A stretch of 64,000 bases of DNA from NCBI GenBank assembly GCA_964016885.1, contig OZ024741.1, positions 229,524,001 through 229,588,000 on the forward strand, in the 5' to 3' direction. Shown here piece by piece: positions 11,749 to 25,790 of the stretch; within the stretch, counting starts at the first letter, position 1; every line of letters begins with the position of its first letter. The notes under the pieces are model-generated. The model did not search any database and was not told the DNA's origin. It worked only from the letters and a program-made list of their open reading frames with translations. This DNA is from Eledone cirrhosa (lineage: Eukaryota). Made by a program: the position numbers and the translations under genes.

Positions 11749-13796
11749 GGACTCTATTTTCACTGATAAAATAACATTTTGCAGGGGTATATTTCAGGGG
11801 GACAGTCTCTCTGTGATATTATTCATCTTGTCATTAAACCACTTGTCCTTTCTGCTCAAGAACTGTGAGGGATACATCATTGGCTCACAGGAGGACAGAA
11901 ATACGAACCTAACCCATAATCTCTTTGTGGACGATCTGAAACTCTATGCCAAGAACATGGATGGGATGAAGAAAAATCTTGACCTGGTTACAACGTTCTC
12001 AAAGGATATAGGAATGGAGTCTGGCCAAGATAAATGCTCATACATGATTGTAAAGCGGGGAAAAACAACAACCCATTCTAGCAACATTGTCATCAATGGC
12101 CTAACTGTTTCACCGATATCTGATGAGGACTGCTACATATACCTGGGGATAGATGAGAACATATCCTATAATGGCATCTGTAATAAAGAACGCGTAACCA
12201 GGTAATACTACACTCGATTAAGAAAGATCTGGTCATCGGAACTCTCTGCGCAAAACAAAACAGTGGCTCACAATGTGTTTGCTGTGCCTGTCCTAACACC
12301 AACGTTTGGAATACTCAATTGGACGATAGACGAAATCCGAGCAGTTGATGTTGGAACTCGAAAAATACTAAACAACACCGGAAACTTCCACATCAACAGT
12401 GACATAGACCGCCTTTACTTGAAACGTAAGCAGGGAGGCAGAGGCCTAACATCAGTCCAGACAACATTTGAATGTCGCATCATATCTCTCCGACAACATC
12501 TACGAACCTCGAAGCGTAGGAGCCCGTTTCTCGAGCAAGTCTATCTGCATGAAACATGAGAGTTGGGAAGGAACTCCTCGATAGATATTCCCTGTGATAA
12601 TCAAAAACTCACACCCAGGGAAGTCGCTCAGCAGTATCGCAGTGAATCCATGGATGAAAACCTGCATACTTATCAGCAAAAAAAATCAGGCAGGAAGCTC
12701 CAGAGTGAGAGTAATATAGATAAGGAAAGTAGTCTATCTTGGACCAACAACCGCTATATTGGCTCCCACTTTGAAGGATACGCTTTTGCAATCCATGAAC
12801 AGGGATTAACACGAAATACCTGATTCACAAAAGAGATAGGGATTCAGGCAAAACACCTAGATGTGATAACAAGTGCAGACTCTGCAGAACTAACATCGAG
12901 GATATCACTCATGTCATCAGCAGCTGTCCAAAGATGTCATCGCGGTACTATCTAGCTATGATGTAGTGGCCAAAATACTGTACAATGCAGTTCGTAAAAG
13001 AGATAGACCGATAATAAACACATTAAAAGCTACAGCAATGTGGAAGACAGCCATGTACATAATATGAAAGAGCACTGGTGGAATGTTCCAGTAAAAACCC
13101 CAATAAAATGCAGGCATAACAGACCAGATATTATGATATGGGACAGGGAGAAGAAAGCATGCACAGTAGTGGAAATTAGCTGCCCAGCAGATGCCAATAT
13201 AATATCAAATATTAGTGAAAAGGAGAATATTTATGCAGAACTGATGAGAAATCTGCAGATACTCCACCCTGATTACACCTTCTGATTTATGCCTGTGATT
13301 ATTGGGGCACTGGGGTATGTTAGTAACTGCCTCAATACAAATCTTGAGAAGCTAGGCTTCACAGGCACAGAAAGAACACAACTAGTTAGGAAATTACAAG
13401 TACAATCCATTAATGGAACAGTAAAAATATGTAAAACATTCCAAAAATGTTGCATCTAATAACTACATATAAACATGTATAGATGCAAAGCTTATACACA
13501 TGCACACATACAACTCAAAACATCCACATCCACACATACAATAACATCCATATCTACACATGCATACATACATATCTACCTAGTTGATGTTTAAATTCCA
13601 ATGAGAGAGTCTTGTGTCTATGTTAGAAACCGACTCTCTCTCTCTATTCGTAAAACTTTGTGAAATTATAAAACCAGAAGAACAAACATACATATCTACC
13701 TATTTTATGTTGGTGTAAATTCCAATTTCTATGTTAGAAACCGACTTTCTCTCTATTAGCAAAAAATTTGTGAAATTATAAAACCAGAAGAACGAA
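11749..13796 (+). mobile_element. R4/Dong-like REL LINE (family D2), 5'-truncated, flanked on both sides by (CATA)n
   Basis: RGIFQGDSLS, LFVDDLKLY, YIYLG, GGRGL, CRLC..EDITHVISSC, HNRPDIMIWD..VVEISCP. The 3' terminus is duplicated (13580-13796). (CATA)n lies at 11733-11748 and 13797-13858. Confidence 0.9.
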
Positions 13797-13890
13797 CATA
13801 CATACATACATACATACATACATACATACATACATACATACATACATACATACATACAAAGCTGTGCTTCAGAGAAACAGAGAGATGACG

Positions 13891-14187
13891 ACTAGTTAGG
13901 AAATTACAAGTACAAGTCATTAATGGAACAGTAAAAATATGTAACAGACTCTAAAAATTCTACTTAATAACTGCATTTACACAAGTACAGATACAAAACA
14001 TATGCACGTGCACACATATAACTCAAAACATCCACATATACAATAGCATCCATACCTGCACACACACGCATGCATGCAGACATCGATGTTGTTTAAATTC
14101 CAATGAGAGAGTCTTGTGTCTATGTTAGAAAGCGACTCTTTCTATTGGTAAAAATGTATAAAATTATAAAACTAGAACATACATACA
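13891..14187 (+). mobile_element. Diverged D2 3' end fragment
   Basis: Homologous to 13381-13690 and again ends in CATACATAC. Confidence 0.8.
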
Positions 14188-14209
14188 AGCACTATATGTG
14201 TGTGTATGT

Positions 14210-14249
<40 letters not shown>

Positions 14250-14274
14250 ATACATTCACACATTATACATATAC

Positions 14275-14320
<46 letters not shown>

Positions 14321-14324
<4 letters not shown>

Positions 14325-14368
14325 ATACTTGGGGAGGGTCATATTTGCGTAATATTGCCAGAATTAAT
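14321..14368 (-). mobile_element. PLE pLTR terminus fragment adjoining (TA)n
   Basis: Matches 23703-23750, the reverse complement of the ATGACCCTCCCCAAGTATAACA end. Confidence 0.8.
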
Positions 14369-14373
14369 ATATA

Positions 14374-14699
14374 TGTAGAGGTTATATTTAATTTGTTGGG
14401 ATACAACAAGCAAAATATTTTTATAACTATAAAAAAGCACTCAACAAATTATTGGAGTAAATATACAATATATTAACAAATGGAAACTATATTTATAAAA
14501 TGATATTTATTTCATTATCCAGGAGATTCCAACCAGAATGGTTGCATTTTTTAAGGGTATGTCAATATTTATTTATAAAACTAACCTATATTATATTTTA
14601 TCTGATGAAAGCGCACCATAGTTTGCTCTGGTGGCCCTTGAAATATGTATAATGTAATAAATATGGTTTTATAAATATAGTTTCCATTTGTTAATATAT

Positions 14700-14705
<6 letters not shown>
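14374..14705. mobile_element. PLE pLTR (family H2) with inverted partial copy
   Basis: 14463-14518 is inverted relative to 14649-14704. The region is homologous to 49090-49324 and contains a hammerhead. Confidence 0.8.
14594..14659 (+). ncRNA. Type I hammerhead ribozyme (family H2)
   Basis: TATTTTAT-CTGATGA-AAG..CACCA(loop)TGGTG..CTT-GAAA-TATGTA-TA-ATGTAATA. Confidence 0.8.
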
Positions 14706-14772
<67 letters not shown>

Positions 14773-15094
14773 CTGTATATGTATAATGTGTGAATGTATG
14801 TTTCAATGTGTGAACACAGGCATATATATATATATATATATATGTATGTATAAGTATATACATACATATATATGGCTGTGTTCACACATTGAATCAGACA
14901 CTTACACATTCACACAGAGCTAACACACCTGTGGTTTAATGTTCAGGTGTGTTACCAATGTGTGTTGTTATCAGTCTTGATCAGAAGTTCAACTCGTCTC
15001 GGATTCCTCTACATCTCTCAATCTCTCAACGTAGAACAACAATGAATTATATGCGTATGTATATATGTGTGTGTGCTCACCAGTGTATATGCAA

Positions 15095-15128
<34 letters not shown>

Positions 15129-15149
15129 TTGATACATATAAATATATAT

Positions 15150-15180
<31 letters not shown>

Positions 15181-15188
15181 CATATATA

Positions 15189-15474
<286 letters not shown>

Positions 15475-15821
15475 CAAATGGAAGTTTAGTAAAATCGAAG
15501 TTTCGTCTGTAGCCAAGCTAACGAAATACAATTAGGAATCTGCAGCCAAGCACTCGATGAGCCCTGCTCAGAGTAATAACATACGTTAGATAGCAGGACA
15601 AATTGAAAATTGTGACAGGCAAGCCTAGCCAGAATACCGAAGCAACAAAAAAACTTTCATGTTAGATATAATATTTATATCTATACGTATATTTGTGTGT
15701 TGTGTGTGCGTGTTAGAAGGAAGTAGGCATGGCTGATTGGTTAAACATTCCCTTTGTAATCATTAGGTCCCTTGTTTATTGCTGATCTGGGGATGTACGT
15801 GTTGTAACATTCCTCAAAGGG

Positions 15822-16329
15822 GCACAGGAATTGATTAGCCACTTTTCACTTGCCTGTAAGGCTTTTGGTATAACAATCAAGAACAAGAAGAGTGAGGTGG
15901 TACATCAACCAAAGCCATCCCCCAGGCATGCAGGAGGCGTCAAACAGGTATGGTCAGATCAAAGGCATCCTCTTGCACCTATCACTATGGATGGCAAAGA
16001 TCTGAAATATGTGAGCTCCTTTACTTACATGGCAGCAAGGTGAACCACTCTGCATCCCTGGATGGCTAGATTGTTAATCGTATCTCCAAGACAATAGATG
16101 TTTTTGGCAAACTGCAATACCACCTATGTAGTGTCAAAGATATACCCTTGAAAACAAAAGTTGCAGTTTATCGTACAGTGATACTGAAAATACTCTTATA
16201 TGGTTCAGAGTCATGGACACTTTACCGCACTCACATACATAAGCTTGATGTCTTCCACAAACACTGTCTTCGCTCTGTCTGTGGATATGCACTTTCTTAC
16301 AGAATCTCCAATTGCGAACTATTCACAAG
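15822..16329 (+). mobile_element. RTE-clade LINE internal fragment
   Basis: FGITIKNKKSEV, SFTY, KTKVAVYRTVILKILLYGSESWTLY, FHKHCLRSVCG, RISNCELF. Confidence 0.85.
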
Positions 16330-18726
16330 GGCCCCACCGAAGCCAGGTTTACACCCAATCCTCTCTACGATGTATCGCATGAGGTGGTGGTTGTCGTGTA
16401 TGGACCTGGTCGGGATTGCGCATGACTGCGCTTCTCGCACCAGGTTTTCGACGACAAGCGCCAGCCTCTTTGCCAACACCTTGGCCAAAATCTGTAACTC
16501 TGTGTTTAGCAGAGTTATGGGCCGGAAGTTGCCTATGTCATCGCCCTTATTCTCGGCCTGACTAGCGTGACTACGCCCCTGGTCACAGAACTGGGAATTC
16601 TCTCGTTCTGCTGCCAGTTGCAGTAGACCAGGAGAACAGAGAACAAGTCCGGCATTGCTACGTAAAATTCGTAGGGTAGCCCGTCGAGACCTGGAGATTT
16701 GCGTTTGCCGCATTGGCTCAGCGCGTCCCCTATCTCAGCGGCCGAAATCGGCTTTCGCTGAACTTCGCCTCCCTGTCCGAGAGTCGCGGCAGGCCGTCGA
16801 AGTATGGATCGAAATCCATAGCCCCTCGCGGTGCGCCGCCCTGCCCGAACAGCTGAGCAAAGTGCCGCTGAAAGGCCGCGCACATCTGCTTCGGCTCACG
16901 TATCACGCGTCCGTTTGTTTTGGTCCTTCAAAGACCGAATCGTGGACTTGTTGCCACTTTTCGCCTCCGTCACTCGGGCCCAGCTAACAGCTTTGGCTCC
17001 CTCGTTACCAAGAACACGTATTTTGCTTCTGACAACGCAGCCCTCGTGCTTTGCGTCGAAGAACTGGTCCAAGGCCGTACTCGTTGCTAGCACGCTGGCT
17101 ACGTTGCCACTTCTAATTGCTTCTTCTACTTTATCTACCAGTTCCTTCTCGGTCCTATTTCTATCTAACACTAATTCTTTACTAAAAACTAACGAGTCTA
17201 ATCTAACTGCCCTCTTGAGAGAGTACCACCATCTGTTGTTGAGAATGACCCCTGTTAAGTGCTGTTTAACTAAAGTGCTAATCCGTCTACTGTAGGCTTT
17301 GCATGTCGGTAACGACATGTTCAGCTTCCAGTAGGCGGGTCCTTGTATATGGGTTCTATCAAAGTCACTAGTTTGTGATCTGAATAGGCAACCATGAACA
17401 TTTGTGGACAGCTTAACATGTCCCTATCCTTATTTCTAACTAGAACCCTATCTAGGTACGATCTAGATGTTCCGCTACGATTAGTCCACATCCACAGTGG
17501 CACAGTCGGAAAATCTAGTCGATATCTATCGGCCAGGTCAAATCGGCCCATTAACTGTTTGAGGCTGTTACACCCCCTTTTATCGGGACATGCTCCCACA
17601 TAGCCCCAACGTGCATCTAGGATTCCATTACAGTCCCTCACTAAAAGCAAGGAGCGGGACGTCCCCACAAAAGTCTCTAGACGTTTGAAGAAGTGTGGCC
17701 GCGGTGTCCCGGATGGGGAATATGCGGCTACCAGCCTGAAGGCTCCACCTTCACTACCGTCAACGTCTAGGGCGACCAGTCGACCCTCCGGGTCCAGATG
17801 TACCGTCTGTGTTACGAGACCCAGGTGTTTCCTCAGAAAAACGGCAACCCCGCCCCCACCTCCCGGCTGAGAGAGATGCGTAGATCTCAAAGTCGTCGAA
17901 GATGGGGGCCAGCTGTCGCACGCTGTGGATCCTGGACTCGCTATGGCTACTACACCATACTGTGCGACCTGAGGTCGTTTAAGAATTTGCCCTGTGTCCA
18001 GGGCATCCCCAGGCCGCGTACATTCACACATCCAACTCTTATATTGGCCACGTTGGTGCTGAAAAGTTAAAAGAAGAGGAAAAGAAATCACTCACCTCTT
18101 CGTCTCCTGGGGACCAGGCTGCACGATTTCCATTTGGGTGTTGGAGGGGTTGTCTGGGTGGGTGGTGGTTTCCGGAGGGGTGGGGACGGAGATGTTTGGT
18201 GGGAGGGGGTGTCTGATGGGGTGGGTGTCTGGGGTGAGGGTGGGGAAACATTTTAAAAGGACGCGGTTAATGGGTTTAACAAAGGATTACCCACGTCCTT
18301 AGGAAAGTTTTCCTTTAAAGAATTATAGGTTGTCTGAGTGGGTGGTGGTTTTCAGCGAGGTGGGGACGGAGATGTTTGGTGGGGAGGGGGTGTCTGGTGG
18401 GATGGGGGTGTCTGGGGTGGGTGTGTCTGGGGTGGGGAGACATTTGAGAAGGACGCGGTTAAGTGGTTTCACGCAGGAATTCCCCACGTCCTTTTCAAAT
18501 GTTTCTTTTAGGGACCTATAAATAGGGACCCTAATCAGTTTTAGGTTCGGTTTTTTATTATTTTCATTAGAGTTTGCGAAAGTTTTACCTTCGGTTTTCA
18601 CCGAAGGGTTGTTCGTGATAGTCTCTATTAGTGTTTTGTTTTCAGTGTTTATGTATGTATAAGCGTAATTTTCTTGGGTTGTGTTTGTTTTTGTCTGTAG
18701 TTCTTGTGTGTGCTTTCGTTTTGTTG
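16330..18726 (-). mobile_element. Tx1-like LINE (lineage B) fragment: ORF1 end, APE, N-terminal RT
   Basis: VGCVNVRGLG, SYLDRVL, SDHKLV, KSPGLDGLPYEFY, NFRPITLLNTELQILAKVLA. There is an internal ~190-bp duplication (18140-18540). The 5' side abuts GATA-like repeats. Confidence 0.9.
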
Positions 18727-19080
18727 TAGATAATAGATATATAGATAGATGTATAGATGGATAGACAGACAGACGGAAATAGATAAAATCTGAGGATAAA
18801 AATGAAACTATTATATGTTGAGATAGAACAAGAAAAATATATGATTTATGAAATATATACTTTACACAATATAAACAACAGTGACAGGTATTTGGTTCTA
18901 GGGAGGGGTGATGTACTGACAGGGTGGGCGTGGATTGAATGGAGTTAATGAGGGAGAGGGAGAGTGCAGGTGAGTAAGAAAGTGAGAATCGGTGACTAGC
19001 TGTAGGAGAGGGAAAAAGAAAGAAAGGGAGGTAATGTTCTCATATCTTCATGAGTGTTATATACGTATATATACATACAT

Positions 19081-19243
19081 GATGATGGCTGCCCCCTCGT
19101 TATCGAGTATGGCCATTGCACGAGAAAAAAAAACCTATAATAATAACAATAATAATAAAAATAACAACAATAATAATAACGACAACAACAACAATAATAA
19201 TATACATATATATATATATATATACACGCGCATGCGCATAAAC

Positions 19244-19293
<50 letters not shown>

Positions 19294-19925
19294 TAGCAAT
19301 TAACAGCGCTGCGATCGAATGAGGCTTTTTAGCCCAACCAATGATCTAAAATGTCTTGCACAGAGTTGGCAACCAAAACATTCACTGGGAATAGCCGGCT
19401 GTGGCTGGAGTTCATGTACTTTGAGCCCTCCTGCTGATTTACATTCTCTACCACATGCTTGGCAAACATGATGTGTAGCATCTCCAACAGCAGCCTGGTA
19501 GTCAACCACTGGTCTTACTTTATGACTGCGAAGATGACTTTCGAGTCCAGCTTTTTCCCATGTATCAGCAGAGATGTTAGCGTCTTTCAGAGAGGCTTTC
19601 AAGGAATCCTTATACCTCTTTTTTGGTTTATGTGGCGGTCGTTTTCCTTTAACCAACTCTCCATAAAAGAGTTGTTTTGGTATTCTAGAATCCTTAATCC
19701 TGGCAAGGTGACCACTCCAACGGAGTCGTTGCTTAAGCACAAGAGCTTCTATACTGTCACACATAGAGCTTTCCAAAATCTCGACATCACTGATGTGGTC
19801 CCTCCAGTGAACGCCATGGATCCGTCTGAGACACATCCGATGGAAACGCTCCAATTGCTTAAGTTGGTGTCGATATGTGACCCAGATCTCGCAGGCATAA
19901 AGAAGATAAGAGAGAACACATGTCC
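19081..19925 (-). mobile_element. RTE-clade LINE 3' fragment (same family as 10641)
   Basis: Near-identical to 10641-11560, with tandem C2H2-like fingers (CQACGRECKSAGGLKVH, CQLCARHFRSLVGL). It ends at (ATGT)n. Confidence 0.9.
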
Positions 19926-19963
19926 GTAGTGGTAGCACTCAGTCCATGGGACGAGTTAGGTAC

Positions 19964-20215
<252 letters not shown>

Positions 20216-20220
20216 ATATA

Positions 20221-20258
<38 letters not shown>

Positions 20259-20260
<2 letters not shown>

Positions 20261-20750
20261 CGAAGGAAATGTGGTAAGGAACCAGGTGGACCATAACGCA
20301 CCAAAGTACTCAATACTTAGGGTAGTAGAGTGGGTAATAGGAACAAGTAAGACCCCGACGGCTGAGCTCAAGCCGTTTCGACGGCTAATTCTGGACTGAA
20401 TGGAAATTTATTCTGGTATTTAAATAGCCGAGCTTATCAAGGGGTAATTCCATATATGGTCAAAGAGACAATCACCAGGATTGGTCACATCACAAGTTAG
20501 TAGTAAATCTGTGATGGCAAATTGGTGGGGGAAGGGGTAGCTAAACCTGCCGGTAGAAGAAAATGGGGGAGGGGGTGGAGTAGACCCATTCATGCGTTGG
20601 TAGTGCCGGCTACAGCTGGGCGTGAGGTCAAAGAGGATACTGGGGAGGGGGGGAGGGGGAGGAAGTCGAAACGGTAAGTAGAACAATGAAGGGTAAAACT
20701 ATAAACAGTACTGAGAGAAAAAAAAAAAAGTACTGTTTATAGTTTTGACC
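20259..20750 (-). mobile_element. PLE-type pLTR (family H3) ending at (TA)n, with an 18-bp inversion at its truncation point
   Basis: Homologous to 43093, 59957 and 61320-62003. Inverted arms at 20695-20712 and 20729-20746. Confidence 0.8.
20352..20445 (-). ncRNA. Hammerhead ribozyme, U3-A8 core variant (H3)
   Basis: ACCCC-TTGATAA-G..CGGCTA(long loop)TAGCCG.C-GAAA-CGGCT(TGAGCTC)AGCCG-TC-GGGGT. Confidence 0.75.
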
Positions 20751-21011
20751 ATTTAAGACAGTAGGGAGGGGTGTGATATGGGGGAGAGTTAGCTGCTGTT
20801 TCTAGCAGGTTTAGTGACCTCATAGAGGATATTATTGTGTATAGTAAATAAACTGATACTTCTTTCTTCCACGTTTGTTGAGAGATGTTTTAAAAAAGAT
20901 TTATCGGTATTTTACGGTGTTCTGTTGCTTTTGAATAATTGTTGTTTCGTATGAAATGTAATAAGTTCTCTTTGTAAATAAATGTTTGACCGTTCCACAC
21001 TCAAAAACAAA

Positions 21012-21080
<69 letters not shown>

Positions 21081-21387
21081 ACTCTCTTCTCTCTCTCTCT
21101 TCTTTCTTCGGCGTTCCTAAAGGAAATGTTGTAAGTTTAAGCGTATATAAGAGAAAGTTGCAGCATGTATGTAGTTTTATCGAATTTTAAGGGCAGTAGA
21201 GAGAGGTAATCAGATTGAGTTAGAGGGATAAATCGTCATGTATTTAGTTTTATCAATTATTTCCGTAATTGGGGGTGTGTTTGAAATAAATAAATAGTCG
21301 TTGACCTAAGTTTGACCATTTGCAACATTTTTATAGACGTTAAGTCGAATCGGTTTGAAATTGTGCAAATGTATAAACATGGAACAT

Positions 21388-21448
<61 letters not shown>

Positions 21449-21844
21449 ACAACAATCTGCCTTTTATAGATGATGATACACTTGAATATATGAGAGGGAT
21501 GAACACCGATACAAGTATACATGTGTTCGAATTGCAAATGACCAAATTAGCTAACTCATATATTCAATTGTATTACACGGCTCAGAAAGATTCCATTCTT
21601 TGAGCTATTTAATTGTAAAAGACTATTTTGCGTTTCTAACTCAATATATGATATTCTCGGCTCCATACGTAGAGCTAACTTTAGTCCCATAGAACCGACT
21701 GCTATTTTTAGCGGCACGAGTATGAGACGCGCTAGGCGCTGCAACATGTGCTTTTAAATCAACACATAGTTCAGGCTTCTTAGATCTTTTGAAGTGAAAG
21801 GTACGAATTTCCTGGATAATACATATTTCTCTCATAATTCACAG

Positions 21845-22347
21845 CCCAAATTCTCCACTCACACTACGCTAAACCCATGGCCTCCAAATATCTGATACTC
21901 AAAAACTCAGCAATGTCCAGTAGTGCTAAGTTTAATATTCTGATCGCAGACTTGGTACGAGTGATGAAGAAGGTGTCTCGCATGTGCGACCCAACAGAAA
22001 TGGAAAGATACATCCATCACTTCATCAACCGCATGCAGTTCTCTGGCTACAACCAAAGAGACGGAATCAGAGTTTACGAAGGAGCCACGGAATCAGAGTA
22101 TACGAAGACCCTCATAGAACTGGACATGAAAGGAATTTGCCCATTATACAGGAGCAAATCATGGAATAGCTTAGATAGGACTAAACATAAGATAGAGAAA
22201 GTCACCTCATGGTACGACAACCAGAGATACCAGAGTGTCATAAACGTGGACGCTACCCCTGGAGGGAAATTAGCTAACCAGTGTAGAAAGGTTCTGAGGA
22301 AGACCCACCTAAAGATTAAGGTGGTAGAAAAGCCTATCGTAGGATAG
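21845..22347 (+). pseudogene. Penelope-like RT thumb/linker fragment
   Basis: HSHYAKPMASKYLILKNSA..AKFNIL..LVR, RMQFSGY, PLYRSKSW, VDATPGGKL, IKVVEK. Confidence 0.75.
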
Positions 22348-22349
22348 AT

Positions 22350-23841
22350 ATTACCCATCTTATATGTTTTGTCAGCTGGGTTGAAGAATAGTTTCTCTAA
22401 AGGGTTGTCATTATATCTATCGTCATAGTTGTGTGTGTTGCTATTATTGTTATTATGGTGGTTGTTGTTGTTCCTATCATTAGCATTATTATTATTGTTA
22501 TGATTGTTAGATGTATTGTTGTTATGATTGCTAGATGTATTGTTGCTGTGATTGTTGTTTCTTCACCGTTATTGTTGTTGACTGTTATTTCTACCATTGT
22601 GGTTGTTACTTTTATTATGTTTCTTGTTTTTGTTGTGTCTATCATTAATGTTGCTACATGTATTATTTCTATGTGGATTGGCAGTATCGGTAGAGGGTCG
22701 GACGCCATGCTTTCCAGCATAGTTACGTCCCTTTACGATCTGAGTTCAAATCCCGCCGAGGTTGACTTTACCTTTCATCCTTACGGGGTCGATAAAATAA
22801 AGTACCAGTAATGCACTGGGTAATTGCTGGCCTTGTGCCTAAAGTAGAAACAATTATTACTATTTCTCACTCTCCTGCTATTGTTATTGTTATTACTATT
22901 ATAGCTGTTATTTCTATACTCAGAGTTATTGTTTATATTACTACTACCGTTATTATTGTTGTTGTTGTCCGTATAGTTGTTGTTGTTGTTTACTTTTGCA
23001 TTCCAACGTATTTTTGTGAAACACTTTTCCAGCTCCGTTTTGCACTCAATAGGGTTAATCTTTTTGTAGATAGCAAATTTTGGTGGTAGCTGCAGGATTT
23101 GTTGTTCTTGTTCACTGATTAAAGTGTTCCCATAAATATTTACTGTGTGGTCATTGGTAAATTCTTCCGGTAGTTCTGCATCAGTCATACGGATATTGTT
23201 GATGTTATCTGGATATTTTTGAGAATATTCTATTTTCCTTTCTTCTAGTTTTTTCTTATTCATCCATTCTAATTTCTTATTGAAATGCCTATTGCATTCG
23301 TTTCGGGCGTATTTCGTTTCACGTCGGATGACGCTCATGAAATAATCCCTCTCGTTTGGTGTGGTGAGATTTCCGAGTTCCTTACCGTTAATGCGTTTCT
23401 GTCTGTAAAGTTCGTTGACTTTTGTGTATGTTGTTCTTTTCATATTAACTGTTATTGTGTGTTTTAGTCGTTCAGCTTGTGTTTTGTTCAATAATAAATT
23501 ATTTACTTGTTTTGATGTTTGTTGTGTATATATTGGAGGAAACACAGTGTTTTAAGAAGCGGATTTGTTCTGTTGTTATTGTAGTTATAACAGAAAACAG
23601 TGACTTTCAATAACCTTTCAGCTTGGCACAAGCTAATGCCATAACGGCGATGAATTAGTTTTGCGAGGTTTTTTATATGAAATCGTGTGTCGAAACAAAT
23701 ATTGTTATACTTGGGGAGGGTCATATTTGTGTAATATTGCCAGAATTAATAACAGAACACACTCACAGAACCAACCAAACAGTGAGTGTTTTCTGTTATT
23801 AATTCTGGCAATATTACACAAATATGACCCTCCCCAAGTAT

Positions 23842-23846
<5 letters not shown>
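22350..23846 (-). mobile_element. Penelope-like element 5' part (Asn-rich N-terminal ORF) with inverted pLTR end at 23701-23846
   Basis: The ORF starts MTLPKYN at 23724 and contains the PLE N-terminal motif QILQLPPKFAIY..IECKTELEKCFTKIRW. Inverted arms at about 23701-23765 and 23782-23846, followed by (TA)n. Confidence 0.75.
22671..22857 (+). mobile_element. SINE S1, full length, inserted into ATT-rich PLE coding region
   Basis: A box TGGCAGTATCGG, B box GAGTTCAAATC. Possible TSD TA(T/C)TATTTCT at 22661-22670 and 22858-22867. Confidence 0.88.
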
Positions 23847-23916
<70 letters not shown>

Positions 23917-23924
<8 letters not shown>

Positions 23925-24520
23925 GGATTGGTGCTCTGAAATAGCGATGTATACATGAATGTATACATCGTTGTTGAAAATTATAGAGGCTGGATTCTTA
24001 TAGAATTCCAGTAATAATCTGGAACTGATTATACAGAGCGATTGCCGGTCCAGCAAAAATTGAAAATTAGGATTGGTGCTCTGAAGTAGCGATGTACACA
24101 TGAATGTTTGTATAGTATATCTGGCGATATACTGTATGTTTAATTAAAAACATTTTGAAGACCTTGTGCTATTATTTTAAAGTAGTGACTATGTCACTGA
24201 CGATTTTTCGGATCGCTATTTCAGGTCACCAATCCTAATTTTCAATTTTTGCTGGACCGGCAATCGCTCTGTACAATCAGTTCCTGATAATTACTGGAAT
24301 TCTATAAGAATCCAGCCTCTATAATTTTCAACAAAGGTCGGCGAGTGCTAAGCTCTGATGAACACCAACAGTGTGAAACAGATCTGTCATCTTATCTCCC
24401 TTCCCTTGTTGAAAAAAGAAGTAAGTGACATAGACACTACTTTAAAATAATAGCACAAGGTCTTCAAAATGTTTTAATTAAACATACAGTATACCGCCAG
24501 ATATACTATACATACATTCA
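23917..24520. repeat. Interleaved inverted duplication (A B / A' hammerhead B') between (TA)n tracts; probable PLE pLTR
   Basis: 23971-24093 is the reverse complement of 24212-24334, and 24101-24198 is the reverse complement of 24424-24520. Confidence 0.85.
24349..24394 (+). ncRNA. Type I hammerhead ribozyme
   Basis: TAAGCT-CTGATGA-ACAC(CAACA)GTGT-GAAA-CAGATCTG-TC-ATCTTA. Palindromic stem III, GUC site, one stem I mismatch. Confidence 0.82.
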
Positions 24521-24530
24521 TATATATATA

Positions 24531-24595
<65 letters not shown>

Positions 24596-25451
24596 TCATA
24601 TACAAGGTGAGCATAGTCTTTGAAACCACAAAACATACTGAGCTTTTTGTTTCATAGATGCCATTTTGTTACTGAAAATTATAGTTACTCCCTGTAGAAG
24701 AGAAAATGTAACTTTAAACTTGAAATTTATAAATTAAGATAATGAAAAAGAAAATATTTCAAACAGTATCGGATATGTGGTATTTTAGAACCAAGGAAAA
24801 ACTGTATGCTCACTCTGTATATATGTGGTGAACAGCCTTTCTTTTATACATTCATGTGATATTACAAACATGACTGTTTTCGAGTTAGAATTAGAACTTT
24901 CATGTGTTTTCTAATATGTACTCAGCATTTCCATAATTTAATCAACGTTTCCAGCCCTCAACAGTCCCATCTTCAGGCGTGCTGTTGGCTTATTTTTACT
25001 GCCTCTTTTATTGTAGGCATATGTTTATACAGTTTGATGCAGTTCTTTCTTTTCTCGCAAGCATTCTATGGCATTCGCATTCTTACCGGAATTTGAACCT
25101 TAAAACTTGATAACACAGTAAAACACTAGAAATTTCGATTAAATTTGGGGTTTAGGAACTTTTTAATTCCAAACGAACTGCAAAGAACGTATTTGAAAAT
25201 TGAGCAAGTTCAAATAAAAAAGAATTGAAATTCGAAAATAGTCTTGCCTTTAAAAACACACACAATGTGAGATCAAACATATTAGTTTCTATCCTATATG
25301 AAGATTTAATCGGTCATCCAGTACTCTCTTTAATTCCCCACGGAGATACTGCTTATAAATCTACAATTATTAAGGGTTTCAGTAAATCGGTTTGACCCTT
25401 TTTGGCAATCCGTTTGATTACTGGGTTTTGTTTTAATGCTATATTGTGAAA

Positions 25452-25790
25452 GCCTATGGCTTAGTGGTTCAAGCGTTGGGCTTGTAATTGTGAGGTTGGG
25501 AATTCGACTCTCGGACCTGGTGATGCATTGTGTCCTTGATCATGACAGTTTATTTCACGTTGCTCCAGTTTATTCAATTGTAGGAATGAGTTGCGACGTC
25601 ACTGGTGCCAAGCTGTATCGGCCATTATCTTTCCTTTGGACAACATCGGTGGCGTGGTGAGGGGTGAATGGTTTGCATGGACGACTGCTGGTCTTTCACA
25701 AACAACCTTGCCCGGATTTGTACCTTGGAAGAGAATTTTCTAGGCGCAAATCCCATGGTCATTCGTGATCGAAGTGGGTCTTTAACCCTT
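25452..25790 (+). mobile_element. tRNA-derived SINE (family S2), diverged
   Basis: A box TGGCTTAGTGG, B-box-like AATTCGACTC, then a GTGTCCTTGA..TTTATTTCACGTTGCTCCAGT central domain. A related minus-strand fragment lies at ~26700-26785. Confidence 0.75.

Noticed and set aside
24940-24982. Minus-strand CTGAAGA...GAAACGTT hammerhead-like motif
   Set aside because: Stems I and II do not pair convincingly, so it is at best a decayed remnant.
22671-25520. tRNA genes at A/B-box motifs
   Set aside because: There is no cloverleaf, and the boxes are followed by SINE body and tail.
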